From Octopus sinensis (Eukaryota): a stretch of DNA of 64,000 bases. The DNA lies in assembly GCF_006345805.1 (NCBI RefSeq), contig NC_043012.1, positions 57,474,001-57,538,000 on the forward strand, given 5' to 3'. The notes below the pieces were generated by a model, which was given only the letters and a program-made list of their open reading frames with translations, had not been told where the DNA came from and made no database searches. A program made the translations under genes and the position numbers. Of this stretch, positions 1 to 13,918 are shown piece after piece. Each line of letters opens with the position of its first letter. Position 1 is the stretch's first letter.

Positions 1-552
1 AGCATTTATATAACAAATTAAGCCATAAGCTGTATGGTGAAACACATAATTAATCTCCATCAGTTATCGTTAAAGCACTGCTCCAGAATGTATATAACGT
101 AACAGAATGTTTATAACTAAATCTGTTATACCGAGCCTAAGGAGATTCTAATGAGAATCAACACTATCATAGCCTTATCTTTTGATGTGTACTTTCATTA
201 ACAATCCTGTTAGAGAGTAATGATAATAGAACATTCGTATAATAAGTCATAATAGTGCTCTAATTAACCTGTAGTTTGTGATAGTCATTATAATTATTAG
301 TTAGATATAAATCTTTAGATAATATAGTATGTGTTCGTAGTTTGTTTCTGTCTTTGTGGATGTTGCCGTGTGAGAATCTATGAAGATTTTTTTTTAGTTG
401 TTTTAGTCATTGGATTGTGGCCATGCTGGGGGCCACTGCCTTTAAAGGTTCAGTTGAACAGTTAATCCCACCTAGTACTTTTTGGGGGTCCGAACCACTG
501 GGGATACAAACAAACCAAGCCCAGTTGTCAAGTGGCGACGCAGTGAACACAC

Positions 553-1370
553 AACACACACACACACACTCACATGCACACTGGTTCTCACTCACACACA
601 TGCTTGTTCCTACACTCACACACACACCACACACTCGCATGCATGCATGCTCGCTCACTCCCTCGCATGCATGCACGCTCACTCCCTCACATGCATGCAC
701 GCTTGCTCGCACACATAGACTCACTCAGTCACTCACATGCATGTTTGCTCACTCACTCACTAGCACGCATGCCTGCTTGCTCCCTCACTCACTCCCTCGC
801 ATGCTCCCTCACACTCACTCACTTGTATGCATGTACACACGCTCACTCTCTTCCTCACTCACACACACTCACATGCACGCATGCTTACTCCCTCACACAT
901 GCATGCATGCATGCTCGCGCACACACACACACACACAGTCGCTTGCTCACTCACTCACTCACATGCTCGCTTGCTCACTCCCTTGCTTGCTCCCTCACAC
1001 ACCCACTCACACACATGCATGCATTCTCACTCGCTTCCTCACACACACACACACACACAAACACACACGTATGCTAGCTCACTTGCTCGCAAACCAACAC
1101 ACACATTCACTCACTCGCATGCACGCTCTCTCACTCGCTTGCTCCCTCACACACTCACTCACATGCATGCTCACTCGCTTCCTCAAACATACACACACAA
1201 ACACACTCAAACACTCACACACGCATGCTAGCTCACTTGCTCGCAAACCAACACAAACATTCACTCACTCGCAAGCACGCTCCCTCACTCACTCACTCGT
1301 TTGCTCCCTCACACACTCACTCACATGCATCCTCACTCGCTTCCTCACACACACACACACACACCACACA
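553..1370. repeat. Cryptic CA-rich compound repeat (cactcact / gcatgc / cacaca motifs)
   Basis: Degenerate CA, CACT and GCAT units seen directly; they generate His/Thr/Ser/Leu-rich ORFs in all frames. Confidence 0.9.
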
Positions 1371-1393
1371 TAACAGGTTTATTATTATTATTT

Positions 1394-2030
1394 AAGGTGG
1401 TGAGCTGGCATAATGCTTAGCAGCCTTTCATTCATCTTTACATTCTGAGTTCAAATTCCATCAAGGCTTGCTTGCCTTTTATCCTTTCAGGGTCGATGTA
1501 ATCAACTTATCCCCTCCCACCAAATTTCTGGCCCTGTGCCTTTAGTAGAAGGGATTATTATTATTTGCCTTTCACCCTTTTGGGGTTGATAAGTTAAGTC
1601 CCAGTAAAACACTGGGGTCCATTTAATCAACTAGTCCCCTCCCTGCAAAATTTCAGGCTTTGTGCCTTTAGTAGAAAGGAAGGCAGCAAGCTGGCAGAAT
1701 CGTCAGCTCGCCAGGCGGAATAACTTAGCAGTATTTCATCTGCCACTATGATCTGAGTTCAAATTCTACCATGGTTGACTTTGCCTTTCATCTTTTCAGT
1801 ACCAGTTATGTATTGAGATTGATCTAATCAACTGGACCCCCTCCTCCCTCCAAATTTCAGGCCTTGTGCCTTTAGCAGAAAAAATTAAATCTGAGTTCAA
1901 ATTCTGCTGAGGTCGACTTTGCCTTCTATCCTTTCGGGGTTGGCAAATTAAGTACCAGTTGCATACTGGGGTTGATCTAATCAATTGGATCCCTCTCTCC
2001 ACACCAAATTTCAGGCCTTGTGCCTCGCGG
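1394..2030 (+). mobile_element. Cluster of SINE family B copies (tRNA-like head, Meta-SINE-like central domain)
   Basis: Repeated 'gagctggcagaatcgttag...ctgagttcaaattc...gtcgactttgcctttcatcctttcggggtcgat...gtaccag' ending in 'ttcaggccttgtgcc'. The Meta-domain similarity is from recall, not alignment. Confidence 0.75.
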
Positions 2031-2256
2031 AAAACGGACGTTAAACGATGATGATAATGATGATGATGAATTAAATCTGAGTTATCTGAGTTCAAATTCC
2101 ATATATATATATATATAGATGAGTGTATTTTACCTTGTTAACAATTAACACGGATAAATGAATGAATAGTTACATATGTAGAAAGTAAAAATACTTGTTT
2201 AAACCTGCGTTAACTCCATTTTTTATTCATATATATATATATATATAATATATATA

Positions 2257-2321
<65 letters not shown>

Positions 2322-2849
2322 AACAGGTTCTTCAGTTCTACCAAATTCATGTACAAGGCATTGCCAGTGAATTTGGTGTATGCCTTACAGTAGAAGACAC
2401 TTGACAAAACTGCTGTACAGTGGGGCTGAACCCAAAACCACGGGGCTGCAAAGTTACCTAAGTGAGCTTCTTAACCACTCAGTCATTCCTGTGCGTATTT
2501 GAGGAATATATATTTTGGCTGTTATTTCTAGCAGGTCGAATAGCCACATAGAGGTGCACGTCTTCATTTACTTATAAGAGACTATGTAGATACTGTGTAT
2601 GAGAAAGCGTTGTCAGTTTGAGAGCGGTTGGTTTGAATACTGTCAATGGTCTCTGTCAAGCATTGATGTAAAATATAATGTGTAAAAATATCGGAAGACA
2701 AACAAAAAATGGCACTGTTCTAAGAGGAAGAGAAAATATATAGAATGAACCAAAACAAAGCAAAAAAAAAAGTACAAATCAAAAACAAGTTAGCATGTGT
2801 ATGAGCAGACAATGTAGCAGAAACTTGTAAAGCGCCACAGACCCACAAA

Positions 2850-3385
2850 TATGTACACAACTACAAGCACACATACACATACACACATGTACATACATAA
2901 ATACACGGGCACACAAACACAGACCCACACACACACAAACACAGACCCACACACACACACAGACACCCCCACACACACAGACCCACACACACAGACCCAC
3001 ACACACACACACAGACCCACACACAAACACAGACCCACACACACAAACACAGACCCACACACACACACAAACACAGACCCACACACACACACAAACACAG
3101 ACCCACACACACACACACACACAGACCCACACACACACACAGACCCACACACACACACACAGACCCACACACACACAAACACAGACCCATACACACACAC
3201 ACAAACACAGACCCCCCTACACACACAGACCCCTACACACACAGCCCCCCCCCTTACATGGGCTCACACACGGATGGGCCCACATTCACACACACCCACT
3301 CACCCACACACATGGACCCTCCCACACACATGGACCCTCCCACACCACACACACACACAGACTCACACAAACACACACACACACA

Positions 3386-3421
<36 letters not shown>

Positions 3422-3660
3422 CCACACACACACAAACACAGACCCACACACACACAAACACAGACCCCCTACACACACAGACCCCTACACACACAGCCCC
3501 CCCCTTACATGGGCTCACACACGGATGGGCCCACATTCACACACACCCACTCACCCACACACATGGACCCTCCCACACACACACACACATGGACCCACAC
3601 ACACACAGACCTACACACGTGTACAGATACACACATATATAAAAACTCATGAACACACAC
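2850..3660. repeat. (CA)n-based minisatellite 'cacacacaaacacagacc' with a duplicated ~130-bp block
   Basis: Units of about 18-24 bp. The block 'gaccccctacacacacagacccctac...ggatgggcccacattcac' occurs near 3210 and again near 3464. Confidence 0.9.
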
Positions 3661-3667
3661 ATACACG

Positions 3668-4022
3668 TGCACACACTTCATAAACACGTGCACACACTTC
3701 ATAAACACGCACACACACTTCATAAACACACACTTCATAAACACACACACTTCATAAACACACACACTTCATAAACACACACTTCATAAACACACACACT
3801 TCATAAACACACACACTTCATAAACACACACACTTCATAAACACACACACTTCATAAACACACACACTTCATAAACACGTGCACACACTTCATAAACACG
3901 CACACACACTTCATAAACACACACTTCATAAACACGCACACACACTTCATAAACACACACTTCATAAACACACACACTTCATAAACACACACACTTCATA
4001 AACACACACACTTCATAAACAC
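3668..4022. repeat. 16-20 bp minisatellite 'acacacacttcataaac'
   Basis: About 20 tandem copies seen directly. Confidence 0.95.
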
Positions 4023-4598
4023 TCACACATGGATGCACACACAACACATGCATTCATACAATTAAACATGTACACATACACCAAAACACTAAAAAAATAA
4101 AAATAAAAAAAACAGATAGGATTTAAAAATGTTCTTTTGTGCAAGAACAGACATTACATTGAGACTAAAATTATTAGAAACGGAAACAGCCTTAGAATAG
4201 GAAACTTAGTTAAGTTGTTAAATCAATAGAAAGAAAAAGAAAAAAAAAGTTTTTTATTTTCTTATTTTGTGTCCAACAAAAAGGTTTTGTTTGGATTTAG
4301 AAGAAATTTAGCCATACTTGAGGACAAAGATGGAAATAGAATATGATGCAATGATTCTAGCAGTGTCTTCGGGTCACCACCAAATACTTCAACTTCATCT
4401 TCATTTTACATTAAGATAGTCTGCATGTGATGGTTTCACTGCTAGAAAAAGCGACTAAGTTCCCTCTAAGCCTTCATTAATCAGATAACTCTTTCAAATA
4501 TGTATTGCTTATTTATTTATATTGTTTTGGAATAAATCCTGCATTATCTTGTAGTTTTGAGATTTCCGAATCATCATCATCATCCTCATTGGTTTTAT

Positions 4599-4930
4599 AG
4601 GTGCAGGAGTGGCTGCTGTGGTAAATAGCTTGCTTACCAACCACATGGTTCTGAGTTCAGTCCCACTGCGTGGCACCTTAGGCAAGTGTCATGGATTTGG
4701 TAGACAGAAATGAAAGAAGCCTGTTGTATATATATATATATATATTTATGTTTGTGTGTCTGTGTTTGTCTCCCCACCCAACATCGCTTGACAACCGATG
4801 CTGGTGTCTTTACATCCCCATCACTTAGTGGTCCAGCAAGAGAGACCGATAGAATAAGTACTAGGCTTACAAAGAATAAGTCCTGGGGTCGATTCAATCA
4901 ACTAATGGCGGTGCTCCAGCATGGCCGCAG
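4599..4930 (+). mobile_element. SINE family A copy (tRNA-like head, CORE-like domain), internally deleted
   Basis: Matches the reverse complement of the 5461-5880 copy. Confidence 0.8.
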
Positions 4931-5460
4931 TGTGTGTCTTTGTTCTTTATGTTTGTACCTCACTGCTGTTTGACAACAAACCAGTGTTGGTTTGTTTACA
5001 TTCTTGTAACTTAACAGCTTGGCAAAAGAGGCCAATAGAACAAGTACTAAACTTTATAAACAAAATAAATCCTGGGGTCAAGTTGTTCGACTAGAATAGA
5101 ACACTTCAAGGCAGTGCCCCAGCATGGCCGCAGTCCAATGACTGAAACAAGCAAAAGTCAAAAGACAAATGGATAAAGACTAGCTGGTCTCTTGACTGCT
5201 GTGACCTTGATCATAAGAGGTCTGCTGGATCATGGCCGACCTAGGGCTAAATAACAACAGCAGCAGTGTATCTTAGTAGGATACTATCCATCCTCTGAAA
5301 TTAAAATAACTCTTGTTAATAAACCTAATGTCTAACAAACACTCCTTCACTCTCTCTTTTTTTCTTTCTTTCTTTTACCCTTCTTCCTTCTGGCTAATGC
5401 TTGTATAATTAATATACATTATTTGCTCCACAAATTCACAAATTATTGTTTTCATTTATT

Positions 5461-5676
5461 TACTCTTTTACTCTTTTTACTTGTTTCAGTCATTTGACTG
5501 CGGCCATGCTGGAGCACCACCTTTAGTCGAGCAAATCGACCCCGGGGCTTATTCTTTGTAAGCCCAGTACTTATTCTATCGGTCTCTTTTGCCGAACCGC
5601 TAAGTAACGGGGACGTAAACACACACACCAGCATCGGTTGTCAAGCAATGCTGGGGGGACAAACACAGACACACAA

Positions 5677-5709
<33 letters not shown>

Positions 5710-5880
5710 CATATATACGACAGGCTTCTTTCAGTTTCCGTCTACCAAATCCACTCACAAGGCATTGGTCGGCCCGAGGCTATAGCAGAAGACACTTGCC
5801 CAAGATGCCACGCAGTGGGACTGAACCCAGAAGCATGTGGTTGGTTAGCAAGCTACTTACCACACAGCCACTCCTGCGCC
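5461..5880 (-). mobile_element. SINE family A, full-length young copy (~420 bp)
   Basis: Minus strand: ggcgcaggagtggctgtgtggtaag (box A-like), gggttcagtccc (box B-like), CORE-like 'tcttgggcaagtgtcttct', internal (TA)n(TG)n, tail 'gactgaaacaagtaaaaagagtaaaagag'. More than 20 related copies or fragments occur in the window. Confidence 0.9.
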
Positions 5881-6624
5881 TTATTTATTTAATATTATTT
5901 ATTTATTGCAGAACTGATAAGCAATTCTTGAAAATAAGCGAGCTCATTCATAACGAGACTATTACGGCTTATTAGAAAGAGGCCTTTTGTTGATTTTGAT
6001 GTCTTTCAAATGTTTATTAAGTATTCTCCTCTCTATTAATTGGTTTGTTTTATATGTAACAACTACTTTCCTATTTTTTTCTTTCTTTTTCTGTTTTTTT
6101 TCCTTTTGAAGATCCTGTTCGAATTAGTCTATATAAAAACATGAATCAGGTGGGTGTAGTCGTGTGGTTCAGAAGTTTCTTTCGCAATCAAGAAGTTTCA
6201 GGTTCAATCCCACTGTGAGGCACAGGGGTTAAATAAGGATACATCGGCACAGAATTTTAATGGCTTGATGCTCTTTCATTTGCCCTTCTGGATGTTAACC
6301 CCAACTCTTGCCTGTGCAAGGGGAGAATCTGAGAGTTTTTTGTTCAAGGTTGCCAGAATGCAATCCCTCGCACTCAAGTATGGTGTTTTGTGAGGAAAGA
6401 ACAAAGAAAGCAGAACAGGATTTAGGAGGTTGACATATGGGCGGAGAACTATTCAATGTAAACAAATTGAGTAATTTCTTTCTGTTGTGGGTGGCATGGC
6501 ACGGTGAGTAGGAGAGCTGATTGGGAGATGAGAAGGTAGAGAATGGGCACTGTGGTTAGGAGTGTAGTTGATGGGGAGTATGTGAGAGTAAACAATAGCC
6601 AATAGATAAGGGAACAGATGTTCT

Positions 6625-6998
6625 TTTATTCTTTTATACATGTTTCAATCATTTCACTGTGGCCATGCTGGAGCACCACCTTAAGGGCTTTTTAGTCGAA
6701 GAAATCGACCCAACGACTTATTCATTGTAAGCTTAGTTCTTATTTTATCAGCCCTTTTGCTGAACCACAAAGTTACTGGGACATAAACACACCAACATTG
6801 GCTGTCAGGTGATGACAGTGGGGACACATACACACACACGCCAGGCTTCTTTCAGTTTCTGTCTACCAAATCCACTCACAAGGTTTTGGCTGGCCTGAGG
6901 CTATAGTAGAAGACACTTGCCCAAGGTGTCATGCAGTGGGGACTGAACCCAAAACCATGTAGTTGGAAAGCAAGCTTCTAGCCACACAGCCACACCTG
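6625..6998 (-). mobile_element. SINE family A, diverged copy
   Basis: Colinear with 5461-5880, with many substitutions. Confidence 0.8.
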
Positions 6999-7826
6999 TG
7001 TCTATGCACAAAAAATAGGCAGTGGGGTGTACACACTAAGTTTGTGTGGGAGATCAGGTGTTCCGCATCACCTTGCATTACCTGTTCTACTGTCATTTTA
7101 ATTTTGAAATGAAACTTCTTAAGATCATTTTCCAGCACCTCACATGTATATACATATTTATCTATACATATACATCTCTTTCCCTCTCTCTCCTCCCTCT
7201 CTCTTTATATATATATATATTTCAGGTATAAATGAGAAACAGCCTGAGGGATATAAACAATATCGAACACACATAACACAGTGTTTTGTTGGTTCATGGG
7301 CAGGCTGCAATTGAAGGTGCAAGAGAATATATTCCCACGAATTCACCTGTTGTTAAAACACCTGGAAGTCATACACAAGCAAGATAACTCACTTCAGGTA
7401 CCATTACAGGAGCAATAGACATTAATGTTTTGTCATCTTCATGACTTGTCAATACCACATACACGAAACAAGGTGTGTGTGTTTTGTGTGTGTGTGTGTG
7501 TAAAAAAATAAAATTACAGACAGATGGTGTTTAAATTTGCGACATTGTGCAACACCATGAAATCCCCTAGTTATCAAATCATTGGAAAATAATTGGAATT
7601 GAGAATCACCCAACAACAGTATCTAGTTCTATATAATTGGTATCTACGACAATGGATTGTTTCGCTGTCTGCTTTGTTTGATTCTTCTAGTCAATTGGTG
7701 ATGTTCTGTACACTGATATTCATCGATTCTTAATGAATCCTTTTAACTGATATCTTTTATCTTTGCTTGTTTCAGTCATTAGAGTGTGGCCATGCTGGGG
7801 CACCACCTTGAGATATATATATATGT

Positions 7827-8102
7827 GGAGGCGCAATGGCCTAGTGGTTAGGGCAGCGGACTCGCGGTCGTAGGATCACAGTTTTGATTCCCAGACCGGG
7901 CGTTGTGAGTGTTTATTGAGCGAAAACACCTTAAAGCTCCACGACGCTCCGGCAGGGGTGGTGATCCCTGCTGTACTCTTTCACCACTCTTTCTTCTGTT
8001 GGCCTGCTCGCTTAGCCAGCGGGGTGGCGTCATTCGAAGGCTAAAACAATGTGAACGCATTGTGACCAGCGATGTGTAACTACATCTGATGGACTGGTCG
8101 GT

Positions 8103-8110
<8 letters not shown>
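7827..8110 (+). mobile_element. SINE family C (tRNA-like head), between (TA)n tracts
   Basis: ggaggcgcaatggcctagtggttagggcagcggactcgcgg...gattcccagacc head; second copy at 19385-19700; same head at 51280-51460 (minus). Confidence 0.85.
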
Positions 8111-8150
<40 letters not shown>

Positions 8151-8439
8151 TTTACTTTTTTACTTGTTTCAGTCATTTGACCGTAGCCATGTTGGAGCAC
8201 TGCTTTTAGTCGAGCAAATCGACCCCAGGACTTATTCTTTGTAAGCCTGGTACTTATTCAAATGGTCCCTTCAACACCGACCCCAACAAAAATAACAATA
8301 AAAGCCCTGAAATGGTGTAGGTACAACCAAGAAAGAAAATTTCAGACTATATCCTGTTATTATCTGTATATATAATACTGGCACTTCTTCACTCTCAAAC
8401 ACACCTTAGTTCATTCAGTCCATTACTATCACAAATAAA

Positions 8440-8822
8440 ACCACCACCACCATCACCACCATCCCCACTACCTAACTACTACTACCATCAATTCTATTAC
8501 TGTTACCATCACCAAAACCACATCCATTACCACTACTACCACCATCACCATAATCATCACAACTATCATCACTAAAAACCACCATGATCACTATCACCAT
8601 GGTCCCCTTGTACCACTACCACAACCACCTCCACCACCACAACCACCTCCACCACCACCATCGCCACCATCATTGCTGTCTCTGTCTTCATAGAAAACCA
8701 TCCCTCCAACCATCATCACAACCTCTGTTAACGCAGTCACCACCATAGCCATCACTGTCATCATTATCAACACCATCACCCACACCACCATTGTCACCTA
8801 GACAACCACCACCACCACCACT
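8440..8822. repeat. Degenerate (CAC/CAT/TAC)n trinucleotide low-complexity tract
   Basis: Seen directly; similar tracts at 9740-10000 (opposite strand) and 17970-18190. Confidence 0.85.
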
Positions 8823-8929
8823 ATCATAGGAAGTATGCATTGGATAATGTAGTTATTGACAAATGAGATGGAGTAGTCACATCTGGAATGCCCTTGATCA
8901 TTGACAGCATCTACATTGTTGTTTGCCAT

Positions 8930-9128
8930 GCTAAAAATAGCAGCTAAATTTCCATCAAACTACCCCTTACTATCTTAAAAAGAAGGACACATTAGATAAT
9001 GTAATCCCAGATTGATACACACTGTATCTGAAGGACAGAAGATAAGAGGAAGGATGGTCATAGTTGGGAATGACTTTCGATGAGAGGGCTACTCGATCAG
9101 AGCTGACCTGGGGCTAAACAACAACTAC
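8930..9128 (+). mobile_element. Old interspersed repeat ('gctagaaatagcagccaaa...gacctggggctaaacaacaac'), probable SINE/LINE 3' part
   Basis: Related diverged segments at about 5170-5265, 9600-9740, 10065-10240 and 12318-12380 (minus); ends in an AAC-like tail. Confidence 0.5.
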
Positions 9129-9134
9129 ATAAAA

Positions 9135-9545
9135 ATAATCTTTTCTACTCTAGGCACAAGACCTGAAAATTTTGGGGGAGGGGGCCAGTCAATCAGATTG
9201 ACCCCAGTATGCAACTGGTACTTGATTTATTGACCCTGAAAGGATGAAAGGCAAAGTCGACCTCAGCGGAATTTGAACTCAGAATGTAGAGACCAATGAA
9301 ATACCTATTTCTATTTCTTTACTACCCACAAGGGGCTAAACACAGCAGGGACAAACAAGGACAGACAAACGGATTAAGTCGATTATATCGACCCCAGTGC
9401 GTAACTGGTACTTATTTAATCGACCCCGAAAGGATGAAAGGCAAAGTCGACCTTGGCGGAATTTGAACTCAGAACGTAGCGGCAGACGAAATACTGCAAA
9501 GCATTTAGCCTAGCGCGCTAACGTTTCTGCCAGCTTGCTGCCTTA
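9135..9545 (-). mobile_element. SINE family B composite: full monomer with tail 1 followed by headless monomer with tail 2
   Basis: Two successive 'aaaggatgaaaggcaaagtcgacct..gcggaatttgaactcagaa' blocks with different 3' tails. Confidence 0.8.
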
Positions 9546-10394
9546 CTACATTATATAATGGGAAGCCAGTGAGGGAGTGCATATAGTGTCTCTGAATCTG
9601 CTAGAAATAGCAGCCAAATGTATAACGAAGGGGCACATTAGGTGATGTACTTTTTAGATACACTGTGCTTGAAGAAACTGATGAGGTTGTCATGAATGGA
9701 ACGCCTTTGATCACATTGGGCTTAATCAGAGCTGAGCTAGTAATGGTGGAAATAGTTGGCGTTGTTGCAGTGGTGCTGGTGATAATGGCGGTGATAAAAG
9801 ATGGTGGTGACAGTTGTGGTGGTAGTGGCAGTGATGATGGAAATGGTGGTGGTAGTGGTTGTGTTGATGGGGATGGAGTGATGATGATGATGATGATGGT
9901 AATTGTTGTTGCTATTGGTGGTGGTGGAGATGATGGTGGTTGTACCAGTGGTGATGCTAGTGATGGTGGCGGAGGTGGTGATGGTAGTAATTATGGTAAT
10001 AAACACAAAAAAACATGACGCAATATTAAACATACAAGCCAACCACAAATAAAGTTGCAGTAACTGCTAGAAATAGCAGCCAAAAATCACTCATCAAAAG
10101 GCTAAATATCCCCCACACTTTTAGAGAAACCTCAGTATAATGTGTCTAGTTAAAAAAAAATGACTGGGTGATCTTAGCTAGAACATTTTTCATCATAGAT
10201 CTACTAGATCAAGGTTGACCTAGGGCTAAACAATAGTAGCAGTCTGTTCAATGACCACCACCACCACCACCAACAATATTTCCATGGTGATTCTATCATC
10301 ACTAACGTAGCAAGTGTAGTGAAGTCTATGATTTGCTGATGTGATGATAAGTCTGGAACATATTTTGAGTTGTCTCTCTTAGTTATATAAAATA

Positions 10395-10618
10395 ATCCTG
10401 TCTACTACAGGCAAAAGGCCTGAAATTTTGGGGGAGGGGGCCAGTTGACTACATTGATCCCAATACATGACTGGTACTTTATTTTATCAATTCCTAATGG
10501 ATGAAAGACAAAGTCAACCTCAGTGGAATTCGAATTCAGGACATAAAGATATACAGAATGTCTCTAAGCTTTTTATTTGGCATGCCAACGATTCTGCCAG
10601 CTCACTGCCTTAATAATC

Positions 10619-10665
<47 letters not shown>

Positions 10666-11372
10666 TTCAATTTTTAGCACAAGGCCAGCAATTTTAGGGA
10701 TGAGGTAAGTCAATTACATCAACCCCAGTGCTCCACTGGTACTTATTTTATCAACCTCAAATGGATGAAAAACAGTTAGCCTTGGCAGAATTAGATCTCA
10801 GTACATAAAGATGGAAAAAATGCTTGGCAGTATTTTTGTTTGGCATAATTACCATTTACTGTATTTAAGGCAGTGAGCTGACAGAATCGTTAGCATTCTG
10901 ACCAAAAATTCTTATCAGCATTTCGTTCGTCTTTACGTTCTGAATACAAATTCTGCCAAAGTTGACTTTGCTTTCCATCTTTTCGGGGGTCAAATTTTAG
11001 CACAAGACCAGCAGGTCTGGAGAAGCGGGTAAGTCAAGTGCATCGACCCCAATGTTCAATTAGTACTTAATTCATCAACCCTGAAAGGATTAAAGGCAAA
11101 GTCAACCTTAGCAGCATTTGAACTCACAACCTAAGGATGAATGAAATGCTGCTAAGCATTTTGCCTGGCGTGCTAACGATCCTCTTCAACTCCAGGTACA
11201 GGGGGAGGGCCAGTCGATTAGATCATCCCCAGTATGCAACTGGTAATTAATTTATCAACTCCGAAAGGATGAAAGGCAATGTCGACCTTGGTGGACTTTT
11301 GAACTAGGAATGTAAAGACAGATGAAATACTGCCCAACATTTTGCCTGGCATGCTAACGATCCTGCCAGCTA
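10395..11372. mobile_element. Cluster of about five diverged SINE family B copies in both orientations, with an (AAT)n tract
   Basis: Recurrent 'gatgaaaggcaaagtcaacct' and 'ctgccagct' motifs. Confidence 0.75.
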
Positions 11373-11466
11373 ATATAATAAATAATTACTATTATCATAC
11401 TTGTGTCTGTTTTGTTATTAAGACTGGAAAAATCAACATTTGTTCATAAAGAAATTTTGGACATCA

Positions 11467-11852
11467 CGCAGGAGTGACTGTGTGGGTAAGAAACTTGCTT
11501 CCCAACCATATGGTTCCAGGTTCAGTCCCACTGCGTGACACCTTGGGCAAGTGTCTTCTACTATAGTCTCAGGCTGACCAATTGTAAGTGGATATGGTAG
11601 ATGGAAACTGAAAGAAGCCCATCGTATCTATCTATCTATATATATATATATGTATTTGTGTGTCTGTGTTTGTCTTCTCACCATCTCTTGACAACCAATG
11701 CTGGTGTGTTTACGTACCCGTAACTTAGTGGTTCTGCAAAAGCATAAAGACTAGGCTTACAAAGAATAAGTTTTGGGGTTGATTTGTTTGACTAAAGGTA
11801 GTGCTCCAGCATGGTTGCACTCAAATGACTGAAACAGGTAAAAGAATAAAAG
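11467..11852 (+). mobile_element. SINE family A copy
   Basis: Colinear with the other family A copies from head to tail. Confidence 0.85.
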
Positions 11853-12593
11853 AAAAATAATGGTTTTTCAGCCCCTGAACAAATTTTGTTCTCTCACTTA
11901 TACTTTTACGACAGACTGAGGAAACATTGGGTCTGTTTGTTGGCATACAGGTTCCCACACAGCACTGTACCACTATGAGCAATTATTTTATCAACCATCA
12001 GAACTATAAAAGGTAAAATTGTTCTCGGCAGGATTTGAACTCAGAATGAAATAAATCTAATTAAATATCACCAGATGCTTTGTCCACTGGTCTATTGATC
12101 CTACTAATCTATCACCCTTAATTAAAATAATTCTAGTCGATGATGACTAATTAATATTATGTTTTCCACCCACATAATTATTTCTAATTAGCTTTTAATT
12201 GCTCTCTACATTAAATATGTCAATATTATCTGAATGAATTACATTATACAAGGCCTAGAATTTGGGCAAATTTGACAGTAAGAATGCGTTTATTACAGAT
12301 GAAGAGTATGTATTTGTGTTGTTGTTAAGCTCCAGGTCAGCCATAATTGAGTAGAGCTATGATCAAAAGCATTCCAACCAAAACCATTCTGCTTTTAAAA
12401 AAATTTTTAACCCTTTTCATATGAAACTGCTTGGAATTGTCTTTGATTCTTTGTTACAAGTTCCTTGTTTCATCTCTTTTATCTTTCACTTGTCTCTCAG
12501 CCATTTGACTGTGGTCATGCTGTAGTACTACTTTAAAGGGTATAGACAAACAAATCTTATTATTTAAGTCTAGTACTACTTAATCTGTTGAGT

Positions 12594-13357
12594 TGTGTTC
12601 TTGAGCAAGACTCTTTATTTCATGTTGCTCCAGTTCGCTCAGCTGTAGAAATGAGTTGTAATGTCACTGGTGCCAAACTGTATCAGTTTTTGCCTTTCCC
12701 TTGGACAACATTGATGGCACGGAGAGGAGAGGCTTGTATGCATGGGTGACTGCTGGTCCTTCATAAACAACCTTGCCCGTTGGAGTATCAGGCTCACAAT
12801 CATGAGGTTTTGAGTTCGAATCCCGGACGGGGCTGTGTGTTGTTTTCTTGAGCAAGACACTTTATTTCATGTTGTTCCAGTTCATTCAGCTGTAGAAATG
12901 AGTTGCAATGTCATTGGTGCCAAGCTGTGTCAGCCTTTGCCTTTCCCTTGGACAACATTGATGGCACGGAGAGGAGAGGCTTGTATGCATGGGTGACTGC
13001 TGGTCCTTCATAAACAACCTTGCCCGTTGGAGTATCAGGCTCACAATCATGAGGTTTTGAGTTCGAATCCCGGACGGGGCTGTGTGTTGTTTTCTTGAGC
13101 AAGACACTTTATTTCATGTTGTTCCAGTTCATTCAGCTGTAGAAATGAGTTGCAATGTCATTGGTGCCAAGCTGTGTCAGCCTTTGCCTTTCCCTTGGAC
13201 AACATCAGTGGCAGGGAGAGGGGAGGCTGATATGCATGGGCGACTGCTGTTCTTCCATAAACAACCTTGCCCAGACTTGTGCGTCAGAGGGTAACTTTGT
13301 AGGTGCAATCTCATAATCATTCATGACCGATGGGGGTCTTTACCTTTTTTACCCTTT
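12594..13357 (+). mobile_element. SINE family D expanded as a 247-bp tandem array (about 3 units)
   Basis: 'ttcttgagcaagac(a/t)ctttatttcatgttg' recurs near 12598, 12845 and 13092; near-identical ORFs are offset by 247 nt (12639/12886). Confidence 0.9.
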
Positions 13358-13689
13358 ACTATTTAATCTATCAGTCTCTTTGCTTAACTACAATGTTACA
13401 GGGATGTAAACAAACCACACACGCATATGGTAAGTTTCCACACAGATTCTGTCTATGAATTTCTCTTGCAAAGCCTAGTACTTATTCCACACCAACATCA
13501 GTTGTCAAATGATATTGTGGGTGGGGGGCACAAACACAGAGAGACACACACACACACGACAACTTTCTTTCAGTTTCTGTCTACCAAATCCACTCTCAAA
13601 GCTTTGGTCGGCCCAAGGCTATAGTAGAAGACACTTGCCCTAGGTACCTTGCTGTGCGACTGAACAATGTGGTTGGGAAGCAAGCTTCA

Positions 13690-13918
13690 TATTTCTTTAT
13701 TGCCCACAAGGGGCTAAACATAGAGGAGACAAACAAAGACAGACAAAGGGATTAAATCGATTACATTGACTCCAGTGTGTAACTGGTACTTAATTTATCG
13801 ACCCTGAAAGGATGAAAGACAAAGTTGACCTCAGCAGAATTTGAACTCAGAACGTAATGGCACATGAAATACTGCTAAGCATTTCACCCGGCGTGCTAAT
13901 GTTTCTGCCAGCTCGCCG
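13690..13918 (-). mobile_element. SINE family B monomer (tail 1) inserted in the head of a family A copy (about 13365-13945)
   Basis: Full B monomer; 'gcaagcttc' occurs on both sides (about 13680 and 13918), TSD-like. Confidence 0.8.

Noticed and set aside
417-3765. Long His/Thr- and Cys/Val-rich ORFs (up to 318 aa)
   Set aside because: Translations of CA-rich repeats that are open in several frames on both strands.
4310-4420. Minus-strand 'EVFGGDPKT' as a carboxylesterase-like exon
   Set aside because: An in-frame stop lies immediately upstream and there is no further family similarity.
5638-5892. Recurrent ORF '...AIAEDTCPRCHAVGLNPEPCGW' as a multigene family
   Set aside because: It is the antisense translation of SINE family A.
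7225-7470. Possible host exon after 'ttcag'
   Set aside because: The frames I read hit stops within about 50 codons and show no recognisable domain.
7827-7900. tRNA genes at SINE heads (families A-E)
   Set aside because: They have box A/B similarity but no complete cloverleaf, and they continue into repeat bodies.
9665-10018. Gly/Asp-rich ORF
   Set aside because: Derived from a degenerate (GGT/GAT)n trinucleotide tract.
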